Of a DNA stretch of 64,000 nt, positions 9,215-18,459 are shown one piece after another; position 1 is the first letter of the stretch; each line of letters opens with the position of its first letter. The DNA lies in contig JAZJZK010000008.1 of NCBI GenBank assembly GCA_040389905.1, positions 192,001 through 256,000 on the forward strand, in the 5' to 3' direction. Below the pieces are notes generated by a model. The model was not told the origin of the DNA. It did not search any database and saw nothing but the letters and a program-made list of their open reading frames with translations. This DNA is from Gemmatimonadota bacterium (GTDB taxonomy: Bacteria; Gemmatimonadota; Gemmatimonadetes; Gemmatimonadales; Gemmatimonadaceae). A program made the translations under genes and the position numbers.

Positions 9215-11305
9215 ATGCCCTCACTCCTGACGATCCCAAGCGACCCCCTGGCGCGTTTTCGGTTGCTGGCGATCTGGTTCGCCGCGGCGATCGCGTTTGG
9301 TAATGTGGGTTTGTTCGTGCTGTCGCCGAGCGTGGAACAGCCCTTCCGCCTGGAAGGTGCGCTCGCGGCGGGGATGCTTGGGGTCTGGTGGCTGGCGGGC
9401 TATCGACGGGGCAGGTTTCCGATCAGCGGGTGGTTGGTGGACACGTTGCTGATGGTGCTTGTTGCGGCCTGGTCGCCCATGCCGCTTCATGCGATTGGCT
9501 TGTTCTACGCCGGTGTGCAGCTTCGCGCGCTGTATGTGCCGCGACAGGAATTCCCACTGCTCCCGCTCTCGTATGCCATTGCGCGCCTCGTCTCGATCGA
9601 AATCGGGCCCTACGACGCCGCTTTCGGAACATTCTCCGGTCCCGCAATGGTGCAGGTGGTGGGACTCGCCATTATCGCGCTCACCCTGCATCTCTTCGTG
9701 GAAGCGACGAGACAGCACGACCGTATCGAGCAGGAGCTCCATCACAGCGAGGAGCGCTATCGGCTGGTCGCCGGCGCGATGCACGATGTCGTGTACGATT
9801 GGGTCCCTGGAAGCGGCGTCATCGAGTGGACGGAATCGATGCAACACGTGTTCGGATTCCCGCCATCGGTCGTCGGCACCGACCCGGCATGGTGGTTCGG
9901 TCGCGTGCACCCCGAGGATAAGGAGCGGTTCGAGCGCGCGGCGATGACCGTGCTGGCGGATCCAGCGATCAATGTGAGTAGCGTCGGATACCGCGTGCGA
10001 CGAGCCGATGACAGCTACGCGCACGTGTCGGGCACGATGGTCATGCAACGCGACGCGAACGGCAGGGCGATTCGCGTGATCGGCTCGATTCGCGACGTCA
10101 CAACGGAGCGGCAGCTCGAGGAACAGCTGCGTCAGTCGCAGAAGATGGAAGCGGTTGGCCAGCTCGCGGGCGGTGTGGCGCACGATTTCAACAACCTGCT
10201 GACCGTGATCGGCGGGCATGTCTATCTGCTCGAACGTACCCTATCCCGCACAGACTTCACCGACAGGCACCTGGGCGGCATCACGCGGGCCGCGGAGCGA
10301 GCCGCCACGCTCACGAAACAGCTGCTCGCGTTCAGCCGCAAGCAGCTCCTCAAGCCCTCCGTCGTCAGCATGAACGCCGTGGTCGAGGATGTGCTCCAGA
10401 TGATGCGGCCGGTGATCGGTGAGCACATTCAGATCGTCACCCGCTTCGACCAGCAGCTCCGCCCCATCTTCGCCGATCAGGGGCAGTTGGGCCAGGTTCT
10501 GGTCAATCTCGCGCTGAATGCCCGTGACGCAATGCCCAGTGGGGGTACGCTGACGATCGAGACGGAAAATGTCGCGCTCGATGAACCGCCGGGTGATGCG
10601 TCATCGGGCCTGCCCGCGGGCGAGTACGTTCGCCTCTCGCTTCGAGATACCGGTTCCGGTATGGATGCGCAAACGCTCGGGCGGGCGTTCGAACCATTCT
10701 TCACCACCAAAGCGAAGGGGCTGGGCTCGGGGCTCGGCCTGGCCACCGTCTATGGAATCGTGAAGCAGTCCGCCGGTGACATTCGCGTGGCCAGCACCGT
10801 TGGTGAGGGCACGCAGTTCACCATTCTTCTCCCAGCCACGAAGGTGGTTTCCGCGGAGCACGAAGCTCGGCGAAGTTCGGGGACGTTCCTCCAACACCGT
10901 GAGAGCCGTCGAGGGGATATCCTCCTCGTCGAAGATGATGAAGGAGTGCGGGATTTTGCGCGCGAGGTCCTTGTTGGCGCTGGCTACGCGGTGCGGACGG
11001 CGTCGAACGGCGTCGATGCACTGCAGCAACTCGAGGCCAGCGAGTTTCCGATCGACGTCGTCGTGACGGACGTCGTGATGCCGGAGATGGGTGGACGACA
11101 GTTGGTCGAGCATCTGCGCCGGTGGCGCGCGGATCTCCCGGTCCTCTACATCACCGGGTACACGGACGATGCACGAATGCTCGGCGCCCTCTACGCGGCG
11201 GACGTTCGCCTGCTTGGGAAACCGTTTACCGCGCGCGCGCTCGTGCAGGCAGTTGAAGAAGTGGACGACGCGCGCGCGGCTTCAAACTCCGAAGCTACAC
11301 TTTAG
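9215..11305 (+). CDS. Membrane-bound PAS hybrid sensor histidine kinase (HK-REC)
   Basis: N-terminal TM helices, PAS (VHPED), AHDFNNLL H-box, NARDAM, GSGLGLATVYGIV, REC (LLVEDD, DVVMP, KP). Confidence 0.93.
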   Translation: MPSLLTIPSDPLARFRLLAIWFAAAIAFGNVGLFVLSPSVEQPFRLEGALAAGMLGVWWLAGYRRGRFPISGWLVDTLLMVLVAAWSPMPLHAIGLFYAGVQLRALYVPRQEFPLLPLSYAIARLVSIEIGPYDAAFGTFSGPAMVQVVGLAIIALTLHLFVEATRQHDRIEQELHHSEERYRLVAGAMHDVVYDWVPGSGVIEWTESMQHVFGFPPSVVGTDPAWWFGRVHPEDKERFERAAMTVLADPAINVSSVGYRVRRADDSYAHVSGTMVMQRDANGRAIRVIGSIRDVTTERQLEEQLRQSQKMEAVGQLAGGVAHDFNNLLTVIGGHVYLLERTLSRTDFTDRHLGGITRAAERAATLTKQLLAFSRKQLLKPSVVSMNAVVEDVLQMMRPVIGEHIQIVTRFDQQLRPIFADQGQLGQVLVNLALNARDAMPSGGTLTIETENVALDEPPGDASSGLPAGEYVRLSLRDTGSGMDAQTLGRAFEPFFTTKAKGLGSGLGLATVYGIVKQSAGDIRVASTVGEGTQFTILLPATKVVSAEHEARRSSGTFLQHRESRRGDILLVEDDEGVRDFAREVLVGAGYAVRTASNGVDALQQLEASEFPIDVVVTDVVMPEMGGRQLVEHLRRWRADLPVLYITGYTDDARMLGALYAADVRLLGKPFTARALVQAVEEVDDARAASNSEATL

Positions 11306-12223
11306 CAGGGTCAGTCCGAACCACCATTGGCCTTCGGCGGTCGCGATATTGAGCGAACCCCCGCGCATCCGCTGATAGAACTCCAGCAACGATGGTGTCG
11401 ACTCGATGCTCTCGGTGCCGCTGGCGCCAGCGTGTCCGCCCAGTTGCGCAAGGTGCAGGAACATCGAGCCACAGAGGACCGCGGCCAGGCGCCGGTTATA
11501 GCTGAAGCGGCTCGTGAGGGCAGTGATGGGAGCATCGTCGTGAGCCGCTACCAGGTGCTGGCAGGTAGCATCGTCCATTCCGAGGAACACCGATATTGCC
11601 GCGAGGTCGTACAAGGGATCATTCGGGCCGGCGGTGTCCCAATCCATCAGCATCAGATGCTCGCCGTCGTACGCGAGGTTGGTGGGATTGACGTCATTGT
11701 GGCTGAGGACGATGGGCCGATCGTTGACCGGTGCCTCCTCGGTCAGGATGCCGTTGACCGCGTCGCGCACGAACGCTGGCGGCGTCGACTTGGAGAGCGG
11801 CCCCGCCCACATGACCGCGAGGAATTCACGTGGATCCTTACCCTCGGCACCAGGAGGCAAGGGGAGGTCGTGCACGCGGCGTAGCGTTTGTCCAAGCAGC
11901 GTGAGCGCGGCCTCACGAGTCGCCGGGTTGCTGTAGAGGGCGGGAAACGATTGGTCGGTAACGAACGCCGTCACAACGGCGCGACGCGATTCGTCGACGT
12001 GGATGACGCGCGGTGCGACGCTCGCGTTACTTGCGAGTTGCTGGATCTGAACCTTGCTCCGCCACACGGACACGGGAATCTCCGCACTCGCAATCTTCAG
12101 TACGAACGTCTGACCGTTGGCTACGACGCGGAAGACCCCCGCACCGGAGAGTCCCGCGGCGATTTTCGTGATTGTGGCCGAGGGCCCGCGTAATTCCGCG
12201 GGCAAGCAGGCTTCGAGATTCAT
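11282..12223 (-). CDS. Aminoglycoside phosphotransferase/choline kinase family protein
   Basis: GLSGA loop, VLKI, HNDVNPTN Brenner motif, DWD, DPLYDLA. Confidence 0.85.
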   Translation of the reverse strand: MNLEACLPAELRGPSATITKIAAGLSGAGVFRVVANGQTFVLKIASAEIPVSVWRSKVQIQQLASNASVAPRVIHVDESRRAVVTAFVTDQSFPALYSNPATREAALTLLGQTLRRVHDLPLPPGAEGKDPREFLAVMWAGPLSKSTPPAFVRDAVNGILTEEAPVNDRPIVLSHNDVNPTNLAYDGEHLMLMDWDTAGPNDPLYDLAAISVFLGMDDATCQHLVAAHDDAPITALTSRFSYNRRLAAVLCGSMFLHLAQLGGHAGASGTESIESTPSLLEFYQRMRGGSLNIATAEGQWWFGLTLLKCSFGV

Positions 12224-12237
12224 TCTCACAAAGGCGT

Positions 12238-12271
12238 AGGTGCAGGCCCTTCGCTGTGCTCAGGGCGACAA
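12238..12271 (+). repeat. REP-like half element, type B
   Basis: AGGTGCAGGCCCTTCGCTGTGCTCAGGGCGACAA; near-identical at 22072, 24176, 39257, 53642. Confidence 0.75.
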
Positions 12272-12279
12272 ACGTGTTG

Positions 12280-12666
12280 CTATCGTCGGTGGGCCACGGA
12301 GTCTACGGGCGTCTGCACGAATTGACATACCGGCCGGCCAGCGATCGTTGCCGGCTGGTAATGCCAGCGCTGGTGTGTCTCGCGCGCCTCCGTCACAACA
12401 GCCGCGTCGGTTGCCCTCAGGACCTTGAAGCTATTCGGCATGACGACGCCGGCCGTGTCGATGACGAACTGAACGAGGTTGCGGGGATTGGGCACGCGTT
12501 TGGTCGGTTGCACGACAACACTCGAATCGACGATGAACCGTGCCGGGTTCTCGACCTGAAACTCGAAGAAGATCGACGGCGGGCACTCAGCACTCACGCG
12601 CTGTGCGGCAGCGTCGATCGGCGGGAGAAGAATTGCGGCGGCGATCAGCGATTTCGTCATGGTCAT
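12280..12666 (-). CDS. TonB C-terminal domain protein (exported)
   Basis: FEFQVENP, VQFVIDTAG, SFKVL, WHYQPATIAGRPVCQFVQ. Confidence 0.7.
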   Translation of the reverse strand: MTMTKSLIAAAILLPPIDAAAQRVSAECPPSIFFEFQVENPARFIVDSSVVVQPTKRVPNPRNLVQFVIDTAGVVMPNSFKVLRATDAAVVTEARETHQRWHYQPATIAGRPVCQFVQTPVDSVAHRR

Positions 12667-12855
12667 GCGAGCCTGTGAAGTGAGTCTCCCGAATTCAGCG
12701 AGGCATATGTGTTCACCTAAAGTTAACACCGACGCCCATTCCTGCGATCAATTGCACGCGGTGTTCCGCTGGGCGGAACTTACAGGTATAGTGTGGGAAG
12801 AATGCGTTTGCCGACGAGTATCGCGACGATGCATCGGACCCCAACTTGCCGATCA

Positions 12856-13362
12856 ATGATACCGCTCATTCGCAAGGCGCTCTGCGTACTCGGGCTGACA
12901 CTCGCCATCGGCGTACAGGTGCAGTCGCAACAAGTGCCTGCAGCGCCTCAGGCGCAGCCAACGCTTCCGCCTCTTCGTTCGATGGTGTTCCCAAAGGACA
13001 GCGGACGCTCGCGGAGTTTAGCGTCGAACCAGCGCTCGCTCGTGGACACGGCCACGGCGATTCTCAAGAAACTGGAAATTCACGAGTCGACACTCAAGCC
13101 GGGTGCGAACTCTCACGCGCCACACCGGCACGCGCATGAGGAAGTGATCGTGATGTACCAGGGCGACGTCGAGATTCTTCAGGGCGACCGCTGGCGCAAG
13201 GCGCACGGCGGCGATGTCGTGTTTCTCGCGTCGAACGAGTGGCACAACTTCACCAACATCGGCACGGTGGACGCGAAGTATCTCGTGATCAGAATCGATA
13301 CCAACGATCAGGGTAAGGACCTGCCATCGAATCCGCAGCCGACGCTGCCGCCGAAGCCGTGA
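12856..13362 (+). CDS. Secreted cupin domain protein
   Basis: Signal peptide; HAPHRHAHEE and GDVVF..NEWH cupin motifs. Confidence 0.85.
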   Translation: MIPLIRKALCVLGLTLAIGVQVQSQQVPAAPQAQPTLPPLRSMVFPKDSGRSRSLASNQRSLVDTATAILKKLEIHESTLKPGANSHAPHRHAHEEVIVMYQGDVEILQGDRWRKAHGGDVVFLASNEWHNFTNIGTVDAKYLVIRIDTNDQGKDLPSNPQPTLPPKP

Positions 13363-13386
13363 GACCCGCACAAACCCGTAAACATT

Positions 13387-13498
13387 AACCACAGAGGACA
13401 CGGAGGACAGCGTGATTCATTTGGCCCATCGAACTTGGCGCTGCTCTCGTGGAGCGCAAAACATGCGGTCCTCTGTGACCTCTGTGTCCTCTGTGGTT
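13387..13498. repeat. Hairpin element with 9-bp ACAGAGGAC arms (family C)
   Basis: AACCACAGAGGACAC.. / ..GTGTCCTCTGTGGTT inverted arms; copies at 45411 and 53703. Confidence 0.8.
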
Positions 13499-13560
13499 CT
13501 TTGCTGTTGCTGTTCCGCAGTTTTCAGCGGTTTGAAACCGCTGCGTTTACGCGGTTGCAA

Positions 13561-13974
13561 TCAGGGAAATCGCGCAAGCGGCGATCGGTCGCCCACGAGC
13601 CAGATGTGCCCGAACGGATCGGTGAACCCACCCTGCCGGTGCACGCCCCACGGGGCTTCGTGATTTCGAATCAGGTCGCGGTTGTCATGCGCCCCTTCAG
13701 CGATTGCACGCGCGATAAAGCCATCGGGATCAGAGCAGAACACTTCGACGCGCGTCGTCGTCATGCCGAGCACCGACGGGGTGTCCCAGCCGTTCTTCGC
13801 CGGTTCGCCAACGAAGAACGGCGCGCCGTCGATTTCCAGTCCGGCAACTGAGCCGAGGCTCCAGAGTAGCCGCGCGCCGAGTGCGCGCTCGTACCACGCG
13901 ACCGCCGCAGGCCCGTCGGGAACCGCAAGCATCACTGAAATGACAACCTTTGGCGTAACATCCTTGTGAGACAC
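13561..13974 (-). CDS. VOC/glyoxalase (PhnB-like) protein
   Basis: AVAWYERALGA, DPDGFIARA, PWG..RQGGFTDPFGHIW. Confidence 0.85.
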   Translation of the reverse strand: MSHKDVTPKVVISVMLAVPDGPAAVAWYERALGARLLWSLGSVAGLEIDGAPFFVGEPAKNGWDTPSVLGMTTTRVEVFCSDPDGFIARAIAEGAHDNRDLIRNHEAPWGVHRQGGFTDPFGHIWLVGDRSPLARFP

Positions 13975-14007
13975 GATGGGCCTACCTGAGCGTGGTTAAC
14001 GCAAGAT

Positions 14008-14097
14008 TGTCACCCCGAGCGAGCGAAGTGAGTTGAGGGGTCTGCACCTCGTACACAGGCGGAAAGTGCAGATCCCTCGACTTCGCTCGGGATGACA
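14008..14097 (-). repeat. REPIN-like palindromic element, type A
   Basis: TGTCACCCCGAGCGA..GGGGTCTGCAC-spacer-GTGCAGATCCCTCGACTTCGCTCGGGATGACA. Confidence 0.85.
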
Positions 14098-14128
14098 GCG
14101 TACAGTCGCCAGTTTCAGCGAACATGTA

Positions 14129-14935
14129 CTACTCCGCGATCGCCGCCAGAGCCTTCGACACCCGAATCTCCGCCGTGTAACGCAACTCGGCGAAGCGCAC
14201 GAGCAGGTCTGCTTCCGTCACGCCGCGACGTTCGTCGCCGGACAAATCGGCGACGACCATGCCACGATGCATCATGATCGTCCGGTCGCCGAAACGCACC
14301 GCCTGCTCCATGCTGTGCGTCACCATGAGCGTCGTGAGCGAATGCGTTCGCACCAGGTGCTCGGTGACGAACATGATCTGCTCCGCCGCGCGCGGGTCGA
14401 GCGCGGCCGTGTGCTCGTCCAGCAACAGCAGCTTTGGTTTGCTGATCGTCGCCATGAGCAGCGTAATCGCTTGACGCTGTCCTCCAGACAGCGTGCCCAT
14501 TGACGCCTCCAGTCGGCCCTCGAGCCGCATGCCGAGCGACGCCAACCCTTCGCGATAACGCGTGAGTGACGCCTTGTCGAGTCCCACACGGAGACCACGC
14601 CGCATTCCGCGCAACTCGGCCATTCGCAGATTCTCCGCGACGGTCATCGACGGACACGTTCCCTTGAAGGGATCCTGGAACACGCGACCCAATAGTGCCG
14701 CGCGCTTGTGCTCAGGCCAGCGCGTGACGTCGGTGTCGCCGATGCGGATCACGCCGGCGTCAGGTGGATACGTGCCCGCGATGACGTTGAGGATGGTGGA
14801 CTTCCCCGAGCCATTGCTGCCGATCACCGTGAGGAACTGTCCGGCCGGGATGGTAAGGTCCACGCCACGCAGTGCGGGAACCCGCTCACCGCCCGGCTGC
14901 TCGAAGGTCTTTTCCAGCGAGGTAAGCGCGATCAT
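14129..14935 (-). CDS. ABC transporter ATP-binding protein (putative Trp/Tyr-type uptake family)
   Basis: GSNGSGKS Walker A, LSGGQRQ, LLLLDEHTAALDP. Confidence 0.93.
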   Translation of the reverse strand: MIALTSLEKTFEQPGGERVPALRGVDLTIPAGQFLTVIGSNGSGKSTILNVIAGTYPPDAGVIRIGDTDVTRWPEHKRAALLGRVFQDPFKGTCPSMTVAENLRMAELRGMRRGLRVGLDKASLTRYREGLASLGMRLEGRLEASMGTLSGGQRQAITLLMATISKPKLLLLDEHTAALDPRAAEQIMFVTEHLVRTHSLTTLMVTHSMEQAVRFGDRTIMMHRGMVVADLSGDERRGVTEADLLVRFAELRYTAEIRVSKALAAIAE

Positions 14936-16875
14936 CGGGATGCTCCTGCCCGGCGCCGGCCAAGGCCAAGGTTGGGAAGGGCCAACGTCGCAAGAACGAA
15001 CGCGGCGGTTGCGAGCTTGAGATCGACGGGATTGAGCCCGATGCGGAGCGCGACGGCGATGAGGGCGCGAAAGAGAATCGCCCCAAGTGCAACCATCATG
15101 ATCGTCGCGCCAAGGCGCCAGCGTCGAGGCTTGAGCGTCTCGCCGAGGATCACTGCCGCCATGCCGGCGACGAGGGTGCCGACGCCCATGCTCACATCAG
15201 CGAAGCCCTGGTATTGCGCGATCAGCGCGCCAGAAAAGGCAACGAGTCCATTCGCGAGCGCGAGCGCGAGCTCCACCATACCGCGCCGGTCCACGCCCTG
15301 CGCAATGATCATCGCCGGGTTGTCTCCCGCTGCACGCATGGCCGTGCCGAAATCGGTGCGGAGAAACCACGTGAAGACGAATCCGAGCACGAGCATGATC
15401 ACGAAGAAGACCGCGCCGAAGGAGATGTCATTCGACCAACCGTTCGTCGCCGGTACCATCGCGTGCAGTCTCGTTGCGACGGTTGCGAGGTCGAGCAGCG
15501 AAATGTTCGAGCGCCCCATCACGTGGAGGTTGACCGAGTACAACGCGGTCATCACGAGGATGCCGGCGAGCAGCTCCGTAACACGAAGTCGCGTGTGCAA
15601 TAGCCCCGTGACGTAGCCTGCGATCATCCCGACAAAAAATGCAACGACCGTCGCGACGAAGGGGTCCGTTCCGCGGACGATGAGCGTCGCAGCCACGGCG
15701 GCACCGAGTGGAAAGCTTCCATCCGGTGTGATGTCGGGGAAGCGAAGTACGCGGGACGAGATGTAGACGCCCCATGCGAGCGCCGCGAACGCGAGCCCGA
15801 GTACCAATGCGGAAAGCCAGAATTCCCACGGTGCCGCGTTGCGATTCGCGGCGGCCGTGGTCGATTTGGTGGACGCCACGCCAACGCTGTCCCGCTTGAC
15901 CGGTATGACTTTGGCTGCCCGTTCGATGATCTCCGCAGGAATCGTCACGCCGAAATCGGCCGCCGCGCCGAGATCGACGAACATCTGCGGATTCGCCACG
16001 ACACGGAATGGAATGCCCGCAGGACTCTCGCCGCGCAACACGCGAATCATGAGCAGTCCCTGCGCATACCCGTTCTCGAAGAAGCTGGCGCCGAGCGCGA
16101 TCGGTGCGCCGGGATATCCGGTGTTGGATCCGACGACTGGAATGCCAAGCGCGCGGGCCTGTTTGATCAGCGCGGGAAACCCGCCGCCGATCATGATGCT
16201 CGGGATTTGCATGATCCCGCCGACGCCCTGGGCGCGCAGCGCCTGGACCCCGGACGCGATGTCCTGTGGGCTCGTGCACGCCACCGCCACGAAGCGAATC
16301 TTCATCTGCTCCGCTTTTCGCTTCACGACGCCGAGGTAGTGTTCCGCGAATGGGTCGGCGGGGTCGAAGAGCGTGCCCCACACGACGGCCTTGGGGAATG
16401 CCGCAACGCCAACCGCAAGCGCCGAGTCCACCGGTTGGGGAATCTCGGCGCCGGTGACGTTCGGTCGATGCGCGGTGGGGCTCGTTCCCGCACTGATGAC
16501 GTACGGATTTGCCACCGCACCAAAGACGATCGGGCGGTCGGTGATGACCTTCATCGCGGTTTGGGTCGCCACGGAGGAAATCGTGGCAACCTGCGTCACG
16601 TTGAGTTGGAGAAACTCGCGCATGATGAGCGACAGCGTCGGGATGTCGCCCTGCGCGTTGCGTTCAACGTAGGTGACCGACACGTCGCGGATGTAGCCCG
16701 AGTCGGACAGTGCCTTGTAGAATCCTTCGCGCGCCTCGTCGAGTGGCGCGAGGGAGGACACTTGTACGACGCCAATGACTGGGCGATTGGCGTGGTCGTC
16801 GCCGCTGCAGCCCGAGAATATGGTGAGGGTCGCCGCGAGGAACAGCGGAGCGAGAGTGTTTTTCTGAAAGCGCAT
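14932..16875 (-). CDS. Fused ABC substrate-binding lipoprotein and permease
   Basis: Lipobox FSGC; NAQGDIP/PIVFGAV binding domain; then FPDITPDGSFPLGA, LAGILVMTALYSVNL, GFADVSMGVG permease motifs in one frame. Confidence 0.88.
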   Translation of the reverse strand: MRFQKNTLAPLFLAATLTIFSGCSGDDHANRPVIGVVQVSSLAPLDEAREGFYKALSDSGYIRDVSVTYVERNAQGDIPTLSLIMREFLQLNVTQVATISSVATQTAMKVITDRPIVFGAVANPYVISAGTSPTAHRPNVTGAEIPQPVDSALAVGVAAFPKAVVWGTLFDPADPFAEHYLGVVKRKAEQMKIRFVAVACTSPQDIASGVQALRAQGVGGIMQIPSIMIGGGFPALIKQARALGIPVVGSNTGYPGAPIALGASFFENGYAQGLLMIRVLRGESPAGIPFRVVANPQMFVDLGAAADFGVTIPAEIIERAAKVIPVKRDSVGVASTKSTTAAANRNAAPWEFWLSALVLGLAFAALAWGVYISSRVLRFPDITPDGSFPLGAAVAATLIVRGTDPFVATVVAFFVGMIAGYVTGLLHTRLRVTELLAGILVMTALYSVNLHVMGRSNISLLDLATVATRLHAMVPATNGWSNDISFGAVFFVIMLVLGFVFTWFLRTDFGTAMRAAGDNPAMIIAQGVDRRGMVELALALANGLVAFSGALIAQYQGFADVSMGVGTLVAGMAAVILGETLKPRRWRLGATIMMVALGAILFRALIAVALRIGLNPVDLKLATAAFVLATLALPNLGLGRRRAGASR

Positions 16876-16932
16876 CCGGCGAATATGTACCAGTCGTCGC
16901 CGTTTGTCATTGAGGCACCCTACAATTGCACT

Positions 16933-17053
16933 GGCACATTGAACGCGGATTGAGCCGATGGAGGCGGATCACATCTGATGAATCACGACAAAATCACACG
17001 CCGTATCCGATCTTATCCGCTTCAGAATTCGCTCGATCCGCGTTCAATGTGCC
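16933..17053. repeat. Inverted-repeat element, family D
   Basis: 18-bp perfect IR GGCACATTGAACGCGGAT / ATCCGCGTTCAATGTGCC. Confidence 0.75.
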
Positions 17054-17068
17054 GGCGGTACGACGCTT

Positions 17069-18388
17069 CTATTGCGCGGGTTGGAAGTGCTTCTGCATGA
17101 ATTGGAGGAAGATCGGAAAGTCTGACGGAACGGTCCCATGGCCACCCGAATGCATGTAGTAGCCGAGCGTATTCAGAATCGGTTCGCCAGCCGCGGGCAT
17201 CTTGTCCGTCTCGAGCCCCTTCACGCCGAGCAGCTTGAACACCGGCTCGGCGGCGACGGCGGCGAGAAACTCGCCTTTGGGGTCGGACCAGAAGTCGGTG
17301 TCGCCAGTCTGCAGCAGCACCGGGCGCGGTGCGATGAGCGACACCAGCATGTGTCCATCCATCGGAAGCGCGGCGACCTTCTCGCCGAATGTCCCGTAGA
17401 TGCCGGCGAATTGATATGCGTAGCGCGTTGGGTGCGTCATGTGTGCGACGGTCTCACCGTAGTTCCGGCGACTCAATGCCGCACCACTTTCGCCCGAGCA
17501 ACTGGCGATCACCAGCGCGAAGCGCGTGTCGCGCGCGCCGGTCCAGAGCACCGTCTTGCCGATGCGCGATATCCCCAGTAGCGCGACGCGCTTCGCGTCA
17601 ACGCCCGCGTCCGTCTCGAGGTAGTCCATGACGCGACTCAATCCCCAACTCCAGGCCGCGATCGTCCCCCACTCGTCGGGCTTGGGAGCGGTCTGACCCG
17701 GAGCGAGGTAGGTCGCGCGGACTCCGTTCGGCAGGCCGCCGATCATGTCGGGGTCGATGTCTCCGTAGTAGACCGTTGCGACGCCGATGCCTTGCTCGAG
17801 GAAGGGGAGCGGTTTGAGGCCGCCGCCCGGACGCATCGGTGGCGCCGGCACGCGCTTGCCATCGCGCGACCACATCTGACCGGGCGTGATGCCTGCGTCG
17901 TCGATAGTGCTGGCGTTGGGGCTGAAGCTCACGTTCAGCAGAAGTGGCACGGGTCCGCGCGCATTCGCCGGTAGATACAGAAGGAGGTCGACCTTTGGGC
18001 CCGCCGTGTCCTTCGTGAAGAACACGGTCACTTGCCGGCGCGTGGCTTTTCCTCCGAGCGCGGGCGCGGACTTCTCGTTCGTCCGGAACCACAGGTCCGC
18101 GGGCCGGCCGGGCGCGCGCCCGAACTGAATCTCTTCGAAAAGGCGAACGATTTCGGGGCGACGTTCGGCGAACCAGGTCTTCGCGTCACGCACAGGCTTT
18201 CCATTGGCGAGCACGAGAGGATCGGGCAACGTGTAGCTGCCGACTTTGGCTTCGTCGTAGTTCACCGGAATGCCCGCGACGACCGCTGGGGGAGCGGCTG
18301 GCGTCTGTGCTGGTGTCGCCGGCGTCTGCGCGTATAGGCGTGCTGCGACGAAAATCGCCGGCATCGAGAACAACAATCTGCGTCGCAT
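17069..18388 (-). CDS. CE15-like carbohydrate esterase (glucuronoyl/acetylxylan esterase), secreted
   Basis: NYDEAKV..YTLPDPL, WGTIAAWSWG, GISRIGK nucleophile motif, SGESGAAL, LIAPRP, WSDPKGE. Confidence 0.85.
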   Translation of the reverse strand: MRRRLLFSMPAIFVAARLYAQTPATPAQTPAAPPAVVAGIPVNYDEAKVGSYTLPDPLVLANGKPVRDAKTWFAERRPEIVRLFEEIQFGRAPGRPADLWFRTNEKSAPALGGKATRRQVTVFFTKDTAGPKVDLLLYLPANARGPVPLLLNVSFSPNASTIDDAGITPGQMWSRDGKRVPAPPMRPGGGLKPLPFLEQGIGVATVYYGDIDPDMIGGLPNGVRATYLAPGQTAPKPDEWGTIAAWSWGLSRVMDYLETDAGVDAKRVALLGISRIGKTVLWTGARDTRFALVIASCSGESGAALSRRNYGETVAHMTHPTRYAYQFAGIYGTFGEKVAALPMDGHMLVSLIAPRPVLLQTGDTDFWSDPKGEFLAAVAAEPVFKLLGVKGLETDKMPAAGEPILNTLGYYMHSGGHGTVPSDFPIFLQFMQKHFQPAQ

Positions 18389-18459
18389 ATTCGTACCCTC
18401 GAGAAATTGTCTTGAACGGCATTGACCCTCTGGGGTCAATGCTTTGATGGTCCGCATTT

